Below are positions 1 through 8,455 of a stretch of 64,000 nucleotides of DNA, piece after piece. Every line of letters begins with the position of its first letter. Position 1 is the first letter of the stretch. The notes beneath the pieces were generated by a model that saw only the letters and a list, made by a program, of their open reading frames with translations, had not been told where the DNA came from and did not search any database. Source of the stretch: Sulfuricurvum sp. (lineage in GTDB: Bacteria > Campylobacterota > Campylobacteria > Campylobacterales > Sulfurimonadaceae); assembly GCF_023229695.1 (NCBI RefSeq), contig NZ_JALNYS010000014.1, forward strand, positions 20,540 through 84,539. The letters are read 5' to 3'. The position numbers were made by a program, and so were the translations under genes.

Positions 1-2603
1 TGGCTGAGTCTTATGATATTGAAAAAGGGGATACGAATGACCCTAATGAAAAAGCAAGATTATTAGACCGTATTGTAGAAAAAGTAACTGCAAATAATGT
101 AGAAAGCATTAAGTTGCTTCAAGTAATAGCATTATTTAAAATGTTTCCAAATAAAGCTGAATTACAGCCCTATAAAAAGATTATTTTTGAACATTTAGGA
201 ATTAATCATGCATCAGCGTCACTCGCGATTAAAGACTTTATAAAAAAAGGAATTATCAGAGAAGGTGGAAGATTTTTATATATCAGTCCAAGACCTGTTT
301 CTATTCATCTATTTAACCAATTTATAGAGATTAATGATTATGAATTTATTAATGAATTGTTTCAAAAACTAAATAATGAAGGTTTGATGAATAGTTTTTT
401 TGAAAAACTTCAAGGTATTCCATTTGACGCACGTCAACACAAGGATTTACTTTTTCAAGTTTTATCGAAAATTACATATGAAGAAATAAAAGATGGATTT
501 GGATCAAAAATATTTTACTCGTTATGTCTAAAAGATCGAGTGCTTTCTATAGAGATTTTAAATAATTTACTCAGAGATAAAACTAAAGATGACTTGTTGC
601 AGCTAAATGATGGAAGAAGATATTTAGTCCATTCGCTTGAAGAACTGATTGCATTTCAAAATACATATTTGGAAAGTGTAAAAATATTGTTCAAACTTGC
701 AAGAGCTGAAAATGAGTCATGGGGTAATAATTCGAAAGGGATATTTATTGAATCTTTTCAATGGATTCTCGGAGGAACAGAAGTTAACATTGTAAAGAGA
801 CTTGAAGTATTAAAAAGTCTATATCAAGAATATATATCTGATGAAGATAGAATTATTTTATTGAACGCATTAAAAAGAGCGTATCCTCAACATAATTATA
901 TGGCAACACATAAAAACCATTCGACTTTCCCAGAAGATATTCCAGAGCATTATCGTCCAACTTCTCAAGAGGAGATTGATCTCTATTTTAAAAAATTAAA
1001 AGAGTTGATAGAGGTTTTTTATAACCTGTCATCTGAAGTAATACAATCGAAAATTATCAATGATTTAATTGACTCATTTAGAATGCTAATACGGTACTCT
1101 CAGATCAATAATTGGATTTTAGATTTTATAGAACAATCAATTAATAAACATACTCAATTAAAGACACATTTTTTTGAAATCCTATCAATATTTCTTGAGT
1201 TTGACAAAGATGATAAATTATCAGACGATATTACAAATCGTGTCAGCAGTTTATATGACAAATATACCAAAGCAGAAAGCATTGATGAGATAAGAGAATT
1301 GTTTTTGAACACGGAAAAATATAGATATTATTCTGAAGAAGTATTTGAAAATCACTGCCAGACTATTGCTCAAGATATTGTGCAAAATAAAAATTTTGAT
1401 GTTTTATTGAACAAAAACACTGCTAACCTCTTTGAACTCGGAAGAGAAGTGGCAAAAATTGATGATGAGTCTAAACTGTATGAAGATATTTTGAATCTTA
1501 TTCCTCTTTTGACACAAAATTCAAGTAATAGATTTGTTTTGGCTTATATTTTTAATAGTAAGATGGGTACTGAAGACAACTATGAAAAACTTTTTAAAGA
1601 AATTTACGCGAAACTAAATGATAAAAGTTTGATGTTTGATTTTATACATTATTCGAAACCGACAGAAATAAGTATGAATTACATATGCAGACTTTTGGAA
1701 AATAAAGAAATAAAATCAGAAGTATTGGAAAACTTGACCTTTGGATTTTGGTTAAGAGAACTTCAAAAAAGTGAATTCATCATTTTTATTGATAAGATTA
1801 ATACCATAATAGAGGATAAATGCGATAGCTTTGATTTATGTATGCAGTATATTCATACAAATAAAGACACGGAATTAATTAAAAAATACACAGAATACTA
1901 TATTGAGCATAATCTATTTGGTTGTATTGGTAAGCGTAGAATGATAACCTATCTGAATGAGATAGTTGATGAATACTTTTCAAGTAATTTTGAGTTGAAT
2001 GAAGCATTACTAGCAAAGGTGTGGGATTTTATTTTAATAGAATTGAAAGGAAAGGGTAAATTTGACGAAAGAACTTTTCAGCCAGTATATAAAATAATAA
2101 AAAGTAATTCAAATTACTTTTGGAAAAATATTAGAGATTTACTTGAAGAATTAAAACCTCAAAAATATCCACTTTATGGAAGTTTTACTCATTTTATGCA
2201 GGGAGGGTATTTATCAGATACATATGAACAATCTATATTTTCATTTATTGACTCAAATCATGTAATAGATTGGTTAAAATCTACTTCTTTTAAAGAAGCC
2301 AAATACATTATTGCTGATACATTGAATATAGATTTTGAAACGGATTCTTTGCCTGAAATCGTTATTCAATTATTAACTGAGTTTTCTGATGACAGAGATT
2401 TATATGCAAGTATCAAATCAAGAAGTGAAGGTTGGACTGGCTCATATGTACCTGTAGCTAATAAAAAAATCTCTAATATTGACAGAATGTTAGAATATTA
2501 TCAAAATAATAAAAATGTGATAGAGTTTTTAAAATGGGCGAAAAAAAGCTTTGAATATCACAGAGATAGAGAACAAATAAGAGATGAAGAGAGATTATAT
2601 TGA
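1..2603 (+). CDS. Large hypothetical protein, 5' end outside the window; possible winged-helix plus alpha-helical-repeat C-terminal region of a STAND-type NTPase
   Basis: The frame of ORF 114..2603 stays open back to the window edge (AESYDIEKGDTNDPNEK... reads through). The TTG at 114 is therefore probably not the real start. AT-rich codon usage. The segment LGINHASASLAIKDFIKKGIIREGGRFLYISPRPVSIHLF looks like a winged helix. The remaining ~700 aa are helix-rich (L/I/K/E/N/F/Y) and contain no P-loop. Confidence 0.5.
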   Translation, partial: AESYDIEKGDTNDPNEKARLLDRIVEKVTANNVESIKLLQVIALFKMFPNKAELQPYKKIIFEHLGINHASASLAIKDFIKKGIIREGGRFLYISPRPVSIHLFNQFIEINDYEFINELFQKLNNEGLMNSFFEKLQGIPFDARQHKDLLFQVLSKITYEEIKDGFGSKIFYSLCLKDRVLSIEILNNLLRDKTKDDLLQLNDGRRYLVHSLEELIAFQNTYLESVKILFKLARAENESWGNNSKGIFIESFQWILGGTEVNIVKRLEVLKSLYQEYISDEDRIILLNALKRAYPQHNYMATHKNHSTFPEDIPEHYRPTSQEEIDLYFKKLKELIEVFYNLSSEVIQSKIINDLIDSFRMLIRYSQINNWILDFIEQSINKHTQLKTHFFEILSIFLEFDKDDKLSDDITNRVSSLYDKYTKAESIDEIRELFLNTEKYRYYSEEVFENHCQTIAQDIVQNKNFDVLLNKNTANLFELGREVAKIDDESKLYEDILNLIPLLTQNSSNRFVLAYIFNSKMGTEDNYEKLFKEIYAKLNDKSLMFDFIHYSKPTEISMNYICRLLENKEIKSEVLENLTFGFWLRELQKSEFIIFIDKINTIIEDKCDSFDLCMQYIHTNKDTELIKKYTEYYIEHNLFGCIGKRRMITYLNEIVDEYFSSNFELNEALLAKVWDFILIELKGKGKFDERTFQPVYKIIKSNSNYFWKNIRDLLEELKPQKYPLYGSFTHFMQGGYLSDTYEQSIFSFIDSNHVIDWLKSTSFKEAKYIIADTLNIDFETDSLPEIVIQLLTEFSDDRDLYASIKSRSEGWTGSYVPVANKKISNIDRMLEYYQNNKNVIEFLKWAKKSFEYHRDREQIRDEERLY

Positions 2604-2625
2604 TTTACGAAATTAAATTCATACC

Positions 2626-3225
2626 ATGACCCCCATCACCGATAACATGGACGTATTCGCCGAAAAATTCGAGAACGTTGATCTCTATGGCAAAAAGATC
2701 ACCAAAGCCGAATTTGATGACTGCACCTTCGTTTCCTGCGATTTCAGCGAGACCTTTTTCTCCTTCTGTAAATTTACCGAATGCCGTTTTGAAAACTGCA
2801 ATCTGAGCCTCATGAAGCTCACCAACACCAAAATGAGCGATGTCGATTTTGTCTCGTGCAAGATGATCGGGATCGATTGGACGATGGCGGATTGGAAGAG
2901 TCTTCTCAATGCCGACCCTTTGCGTTTTCGTGAGTGTATTCTCAATGATAGCAATTTTTTCGGGCTGAATATAGAGGGATTGGTGATGCGGGAATGCCGA
3001 GCCAAAGAGGTTGATTTTCGCAACGGGAGCTTTCAAAAAGCCGACTTTAGCTTGAGCGATTTCAAAGGGGCGCTGTTCGGTAATACCCACCTCGAAGGTG
3101 CCAACTTTACCGACTCCTCTAACACCTCTATCGATATACGCTCCAACCATCTCAAGGGGGCGATATTCAACCGTTATGAGGCGCTCTTTTTACTTGAATC
3201 GATGGGGATTGTGTTGGTTGATTGA
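2626..3225 (+). CDS. Pentapeptide-repeat protein (Qnr/MfpA-like fold)
   Basis: Tandem A(D/N)LxX-type pentapeptides run through most of the 199 aa (e.g. AEFDDCTFVSCDFSETFFSFCKFTECRFENCNLSLMKLTNTKMSDVDF..., ADFSLSDFKGALFGNTHLEGANFTDS). Confidence 0.85.
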   Translation: MTPITDNMDVFAEKFENVDLYGKKITKAEFDDCTFVSCDFSETFFSFCKFTECRFENCNLSLMKLTNTKMSDVDFVSCKMIGIDWTMADWKSLLNADPLRFRECILNDSNFFGLNIEGLVMRECRAKEVDFRNGSFQKADFSLSDFKGALFGNTHLEGANFTDSSNTSIDIRSNHLKGAIFNRYEALFLLESMGIVLVD

Positions 3226-3299
3226 GTTACATTCTTTGCTTGACACGCTAATTCAAAAACACTACAATTGTATCTACAAATACAGAACAAGGCAATCCG

Positions 3300-3530
3300 A
3301 TGAAACAGGCGATTAATATCCGTCTCGAAAAAGAGATGATTGAAGCGTTGGACGAATATGCGTCAGAGCTGGACAAAACACGTACGGGACTGATCGAAAA
3401 AGCGATAGAACTCTATTTTGATACGCTTGATGAGATGGTGGCGGACAAACGGATCGACAATCTCAAAAGCGGAAAATCACACGTCGTATCCCTCGAAGAG
3501 GTATTTAAACAAGCCGGAATCAATGTTTAA
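3300..3530 (+). CDS. Ribbon-helix-helix type II antitoxin (RelB/ParD-like)
   Basis: N-terminal RHH-like INIRLEKEMIEALDEYASELDKTRTGLIEKAIELYF. Its stop overlaps the start of the downstream toxin (ATGTTTAA). Confidence 0.8.
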   Translation: MKQAINIRLEKEMIEALDEYASELDKTRTGLIEKAIELYFDTLDEMVADKRIDNLKSGKSHVVSLEEVFKQAGINV

Positions 3531-3774
3531 AGTCGCATTTGAAAAAGAGGCGCAAAAAGAGTTTTTAAAACTCGCCGATGAGGCAAAAAATCTGATTGCC
3601 AAAAAAATTTTAGACCTGCAATCGGGTAACTTCACCGGAGACAAAGCCCTGAAAGGGAAACACAAAGGGAAATTCCGTAAACGTGCCGGAGATTATCGGG
3701 TGATTTATCTGCGCGAAAACGAACTGGTGCTGATTACGATTATCTGTGTGGCGCATCGCAAAGAGGTCTATTAG
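3523..3774 (+). CDS. RelE/ParE-family type II toxin
   Basis: Internal ATG at 3523 of ORF 3418..3774. The 83-aa product ends ...KGKFRKRAGDYRVIYLRENELVLITIICVAHRKEVY, the typical RelE/ParE C-terminal signature. Confidence 0.85.
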   Translation: MFKVAFEKEAQKEFLKLADEAKNLIAKKILDLQSGNFTGDKALKGKHKGKFRKRAGDYRVIYLRENELVLITIICVAHRKEVY

Positions 3775-3839
3775 CTAAGAGAAAGGATCTCATTGCTGCA
3801 TCATCTTGACATGATGTATTGTAAAGGAGAGAAGTTATT

Positions 3840-4097
3840 ATGAAAAAAATCCCTGAACTAAAAACCGAAGAAGAGATTGCCGAGTTTTGGGACGAACACG
3901 ATTCGGCGGAATATATCGATTGGGATAAAGCCAAACCGGTTCGCCTTACCAAGCTGCAAAAGAGCGCGAAAACGATCTCGATCCGTATGCCGATCGATAT
4001 GATTGAAACGCTCAAAATCCAAGCGAACAAAAACGACATTCCCTATCAGTCGTATTTAAAGATGTTGATTGCGGATGGGTTGAAGGCGCATGGGTGA
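3840..4097 (+). CDS. BrnA-like (CopG/RHH) antitoxin with no adjacent BrnT
   Basis: MKKIPELKTEEEIAEFWDEHDSAEYIDWDKAKPV...KTISIRMPIDMIETLKIQANKNDIPYQSYLKMLIADGL matches the BrnA pattern (FWDxHDS ... ISIRLP ... IPYQSLIK). AAGGAG lies upstream. Confidence 0.7.
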   Translation: MKKIPELKTEEEIAEFWDEHDSAEYIDWDKAKPVRLTKLQKSAKTISIRMPIDMIETLKIQANKNDIPYQSYLKMLIADGLKAHG

Positions 4098-4811
4098 TTC
4101 GTTAGGTATCTCTTCTTGAGTTAATATCTGATACTCCCCCTCTTTTAAATCCCCCAGTCTCAAATCTCCGAAGTGTGAACGGTGGAGTGCGGTGACATGA
4201 TTCCCCACCGCCGCAAACATCCGCCGTACCTGATGGTAGCGCCCTTCGGTGATTTCGAGTGCCACGTGAGTATCATCGAGTATCGTAAGCTTTGAAGGGA
4301 GGCAGGGGGTTTTTTCACCGTGCAACATCAACGTTCCCGAAGCAAATATTGCTGCTTCGTCTCCGTTTAGCGGTCGATCCAACGTCGCTTCGTACACTTT
4401 TGGCACTTTATGTTTGGGGGAGGTGAGGCGGTGTAGCAGTGCGCCGTCGTCGGTGAGGAGCAATAATCCGCTGGTGTCCTTGTCGAGCCGCCCTATGGTC
4501 GATATTTTCGGATCGCGCATTCTCCATCGTGGCGGGAGGAGGTCGTAGACGAGTCTCCCTTCTCCTTCATCATGGCTACAGACCAGCCCTGCGGGCTTGT
4601 ACATCAAAATTACCATCCCAGAGGGGGGATCGAGGGGCTCGCCCTTGAAGCGGATCTCTTCGTGCAGCACTTTGGTGTCGGGTTTGAGAGGGAGATTTTC
4701 GGTGTGGGTGACTATGCCATCTTTGATGAGTGCCGCGACTTCGCGGCGCGCGCAATACCCCAGGGAGCCGAGGAGTTTGTCGAGGCGAACTTTAGAATTT
4801 GAGGTTTTCAC
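4056..4811 (-). CDS. Pseudouridine synthase, RsuA/RluB/RluE family (S4 domain + catalytic domain)
   Basis: N-terminal S4-like RLDKLLGSLGYCARREVAALIKDG. Catalytic GRLDKDTSGLLLLTDDG and RYHQVRRMF motifs. Confidence 0.85.
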   Translation of the reverse strand: MKTSNSKVRLDKLLGSLGYCARREVAALIKDGIVTHTENLPLKPDTKVLHEEIRFKGEPLDPPSGMVILMYKPAGLVCSHDEGEGRLVYDLLPPRWRMRDPKISTIGRLDKDTSGLLLLTDDGALLHRLTSPKHKVPKVYEATLDRPLNGDEAAIFASGTLMLHGEKTPCLPSKLTILDDTHVALEITEGRYHQVRRMFAAVGNHVTALHRSHFGDLRLGDLKEGEYQILTQEEIPNESPMRLQPIRNQHL

Positions 4812-4817
4812 AATTTT

Positions 4818-5471
4818 TTAAGAAAAAAGTTTGAGAAATGCTTTGAAATCAGTAAGGGCTTCATGCTCAAAATTCCAAATAGGTTTTTTGATGGCAATCT
4901 CATTTTTACATTTTCTATCAGCTTGTGTTTGTTCTCTTTTTGTGCATGTATCGTATCTTAGATAGTTATTGACCCAAAATTTGTTAAATTCTTTATCACT
5001 GATTTTTTTGCCATTTTTATCAAGACATTCTCTCCAAGCATCTAAACAATCTGCATAAGTTGAGTCTTCTAATTTTACAGTTTTAAGGAGTGTTTCGAGT
5101 TCGCCGTGTCCATCTACATTGGTGATATAGCAGATAAATTCAAGATCAAGTTTATCACTTCTTATGGGTGTATTAATATTTTTGATTTCAATAGTATCAT
5201 CAAACTTTTTAACAACAGAGTCGATCTGTGCTAACCGATTTTCGATACCTTCTTTATCAGCATCGATAACAATGCCGATTTTAGTGTAGTCATCAAATTT
5301 AATCTCTTCGAGACATTGTAAAAGTTTTGCTTCTGAAAGACCGTTTAAGCATTCATAATCATCTATCTGGCATATTGGCTGATTAACTTTTATGTCAATA
5401 GTCAAAGATTCACTTAATGCCTCAATAAAGTATTTGTCGTTATGACTCTCTACAATCAAAAGATTACTCAC
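4818..5471 (-). CDS. Toprim-like protein (DUF4276/DUF3226/DUF4435 class), partner of the upstream ATPase
   Basis: AT-rich. N-terminal LLIVESHNDKYFIEAL (Toprim-like Glu) and IGIVIDADKEG (DxD). The GTG start overlaps the ATPase stop by 8 nt. Confidence 0.55.
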   Translation of the reverse strand: MSNLLIVESHNDKYFIEALSESLTIDIKVNQPICQIDDYECLNGLSEAKLLQCLEEIKFDDYTKIGIVIDADKEGIENRLAQIDSVVKKFDDTIEIKNINTPIRSDKLDLEFICYITNVDGHGELETLLKTVKLEDSTYADCLDAWRECLDKNGKKISDKEFNKFWVNNYLRYDTCTKREQTQADRKCKNEIAIKKPIWNFEHEALTDFKAFLKLFS

Positions 5472-6429
5472 CTCTAAATTCTCCGTTATGAGATAGTGAA
5501 TATTCTAATTGCTCTTTGTTTCGTTGTTTCACATTAATTTGGTTGGTTTTTTTACTTTGATAAAATTCAAGATATACACCAGCATCTTCACAATTTACTT
5601 CATTAAATGCTTCAATGCATTCTTTTGAATGGGTGGTAGCAAATACTTGGCAATTTACATCTTTTGAAATTTGAAAAATCAGTTTCCAAATATTTTTAAT
5701 TTGGGCATAGTGAATACCATTGTCTATTTCATCAATAAAAAGCTGGCCATTTTTAGATCCATAAAGAGCACAAATTATTGAGATAAAATGTTTTAAACCA
5801 TCCCCAAATTCTGTAAGATCAATGTATTCGTCATTTATTTTACATTTTGGCTTATCGCCTATTACTTTGAAAAATTCAATCTTTGGATCAAAATTATTAA
5901 TTAAATTATTAAGTTCATTTTCTTTGTCTTGTTCTTGAATAGCAATATAATTGGCAATTAATTCTTGGTCAGAAAATCCAAAGTTATCAATATAGTCAAC
6001 ATTTGAACCTACATACTCTATTGAAAAATCATTTGCATTGATGATTTTTTCATTTTCATTAATCATGAATAGATATTCTTTAATACCATCTTTATTTGAA
6101 AATTGAAATTTGATTTTTTGATTGTTTGAAGTTGTCGAATAATATTTTGTTGATTCTAAATATTCTTTTGGATTAAATTTTTTGTTTGTTGAGATAACCT
6201 CATTAAGGATATTAATATTTTCTCGTGCAACTTTAATATGTGCAAGAGAGGCCGCGAATGATGCAACATTTTTTGTAAACGCATGAATGTAGCATGCTTC
6301 TAAAAAAGCAGTTTTACCTATATTGTTTTTGCCACCGATAAGATTAACGCGTCGCAAATTATTTACTTCAAATTCATGGAAGCATTTAAAATCAACAATG
6401 TTAATCCATTTTAAAAAATGTTCTTCCAT
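5464..6429 (-). CDS. Small ABC/SMC-type AAA ATPase (AAA_21-like)
   Basis: Walker A GGKNNIGKTAFLEA. Walker B/D-loop QLFIDEIDNGIH. H-loop ATTHSKE. AT-rich composition. Confidence 0.8.
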   Translation of the reverse strand: MEEHFLKWINIVDFKCFHEFEVNNLRRVNLIGGKNNIGKTAFLEACYIHAFTKNVASFAASLAHIKVARENINILNEVISTNKKFNPKEYLESTKYYSTTSNNQKIKFQFSNKDGIKEYLFMINENEKIINANDFSIEYVGSNVDYIDNFGFSDQELIANYIAIQEQDKENELNNLINNFDPKIEFFKVIGDKPKCKINDEYIDLTEFGDGLKHFISIICALYGSKNGQLFIDEIDNGIHYAQIKNIWKLIFQISKDVNCQVFATTHSKECIEAFNEVNCEDAGVYLEFYQSKKTNQINVKQRNKEQLEYSLSHNGEFRGE

Positions 6430-6499
6430 ATTAATCCTTTGATTGTGTATTAAAAAAATGTACTTATTCTACAGTGCATCATCTAAAAAAATGTAATAG

Positions 6500-8335
6500 T
6501 CATGACAACTCTTCAAGTTTTTCCTCGTATTCGGCTTCGATCCGCGTGATCTCGTCACTCGCGATTTCGAGCCTCTCGAACAGCTCTTCAATCATTTTCT
6601 CATCCTCGCCGACCTGCTTGGAGAGTTCGAGGAGCTTGGAGGTCTCCCCCTGATTCGAATAGGTCGTTAGGAGTTCATGGGAGGTTTTGAGTTTCTCTTC
6701 GAGCTTCATGATCGTACTCTCGCAATAATCCGCCTCTTTTTTCAGCGGGCTGAGGAGTTTGGAACGCTCCTGAATCAATGCGGCACGTTGTTGTTTGTTC
6801 TCTTTTTTATTGACGTTTTGGGTCACTTTGGCAGGTTTGGGGGCGTCGGTGATCTCTTCATCCCATCCGATTTTATCCAAGAATTCGTCGTAGTTGCCGT
6901 CGAAAAATTCCGCATTACCTTCGCGAAAGATGATGAGCTGGTCGGCGAGTTCGCGGAGCAGCATTTCGGAGTGGGTGACGAGGACGACGGAGCCCTCAAA
7001 CCGCTTTAGCGCGTCGCAGAGCGAATCGATCGACTGCATATCGAGGTGGTTGGTCGGCTCATCGAGGAAGAGGAGGTTGGCGGGGGTGGCGATGATTTTC
7101 CCCAGCATAACGCGGCTGCGTTCTCCCCCTGAGAGGATGGAGATCTTTTTGTCGGCATCGTCGCCGCTGAACATCATCGTTCCGCAGATACCGCGAATGC
7201 GGACGTTGGGGAGGGTGTTGTCGGCGCTTTGGATTTCGTCGGTGATCGTGCGGTTTTTGTCGAGGCGGTCGATGTTGGTCTGGCCGAAATGGGCGATGGC
7301 GGTGGAGGGGTGAGCGGTGATCTCTCCATTGGGTGTCAAAACTCCGGCGAGGGTGTTGAGCAATGTCGATTTCCCTTTGCCGTTTTTACCGATGATGGCG
7401 AGGCACTTTTTCGCCTCCAGTGCAAAGGAGAGGTTTTTAAATAATAGCTCATCCGGGGTGTATCCGAAGGAGAGATCTTTGACCTGCATGATCACTTTTG
7501 CGGGGATAGGCTTATAGGAGAACGAAAACGAGAGATCTTTTTCACCCTCCAGTGACTCCATGACCCCCATCTTGTCCAGCTCTTTTTGTTTGGATTGGGC
7601 GAGTGTCGCGGTGGAAGCGCGGGCTTTGTTGCGGGCGACAAAATCCTCTAACTCGGCACGCTTTTTATCGTGGTTGATTTTGGTTTTCTCATACAGCTCA
7701 TCTTCGCCCGCCATCATCTCGTAATATTTATGGCTGTTCCCTTTGATGATACTGACACAGCGGCGGCGAAGTCCCATCGTGTGGGTCGTGACCGAATCCA
7801 TAAAATCGCGGTCGTGGGTGATGAGGATCACTTCCCCCTCGAAACTGCGGATAAAGCTTGCAAGCCACCGGAGCGAGACGATGTCGAGGTAGTTGGTCGG
7901 CTCATCGAGCAGCAGGAGGTTGGGTTCGGTGACAAGGAGTTTGACGAGGTTGAGACGGATCTGGTACCCCCCCGAAAAGCTCAGCGGGTCACGGTCCAGA
8001 TCCTCCTGGGTAAATCCGAGGCCGAAAAGGATTTTTTCGACGCGGTAGACTTCGTGCTCCATATCGCCCTCTAGAACCGATGCACACTCTTCCCGGACGG
8101 TTTTATGGGTAAAATGGAGGTGTTGTCGGAGGGTGCCGATCCGGTAGTTTTTGGGGAGGATCACTTCGCCGCCCTCATAAGGCTCTTCGCCGAGGATGAT
8201 TTTAAAGAGGGTCGATTTCCCCGTGCCGTTGCGCCCGACGAAGCCCACTTTGTTCCCCGCGTTCAGTTTTAGCGAGAGGTTGTCGAACAAGACGCGCGTT
8301 CCGTAGCTTTTGGTGAGGTTGTTGATCTGAATCAT
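6500..8335 (-). CDS. ABC-F family ATPase (two ABC domains, C-terminal coiled coil)
   Basis: Two Walker A motifs (GRNGTGKST, GKNGKGKST). Two signature motifs (FSGGYQIRL, LSGGERSRV). No TM segments. Lys/Glu-rich C-terminal tail. Confidence 0.9.
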   Translation of the reverse strand: MIQINNLTKSYGTRVLFDNLSLKLNAGNKVGFVGRNGTGKSTLFKIILGEEPYEGGEVILPKNYRIGTLRQHLHFTHKTVREECASVLEGDMEHEVYRVEKILFGLGFTQEDLDRDPLSFSGGYQIRLNLVKLLVTEPNLLLLDEPTNYLDIVSLRWLASFIRSFEGEVILITHDRDFMDSVTTHTMGLRRRCVSIIKGNSHKYYEMMAGEDELYEKTKINHDKKRAELEDFVARNKARASTATLAQSKQKELDKMGVMESLEGEKDLSFSFSYKPIPAKVIMQVKDLSFGYTPDELLFKNLSFALEAKKCLAIIGKNGKGKSTLLNTLAGVLTPNGEITAHPSTAIAHFGQTNIDRLDKNRTITDEIQSADNTLPNVRIRGICGTMMFSGDDADKKISILSGGERSRVMLGKIIATPANLLFLDEPTNHLDMQSIDSLCDALKRFEGSVVLVTHSEMLLRELADQLIIFREGNAEFFDGNYDEFLDKIGWDEEITDAPKPAKVTQNVNKKENKQQRAALIQERSKLLSPLKKEADYCESTIMKLEEKLKTSHELLTTYSNQGETSKLLELSKQVGEDEKMIEELFERLEIASDEITRIEAEYEEKLEELS

Positions 8336-8455
8336 TTTGGTTCTTTTATTTATTTTCTTTGTTATTCCCGCGAAGGCGGGCGAAGTGCCCTTTAGGGTGA
8401 ATCCAGCTTTCGCTTGGGGATGGATCCACGGGTCAAGCCCGAGGATGACGATAGA

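Noticed and set aside
2605-3150. 181-aa and 112-aa ORFs on the - strand
   Set aside because: They are antisense to the pentapeptide-repeat gene, and the repeat periodicity keeps the opposite strand open. No start context or motifs.
2626-3225. Calling the pentapeptide-repeat protein a quinolone-resistance determinant (qnr)
   Set aside because: Only the repeat architecture is visible. Chromosomal pentapeptide-repeat proteins are common and the function cannot be inferred without comparison and testing.
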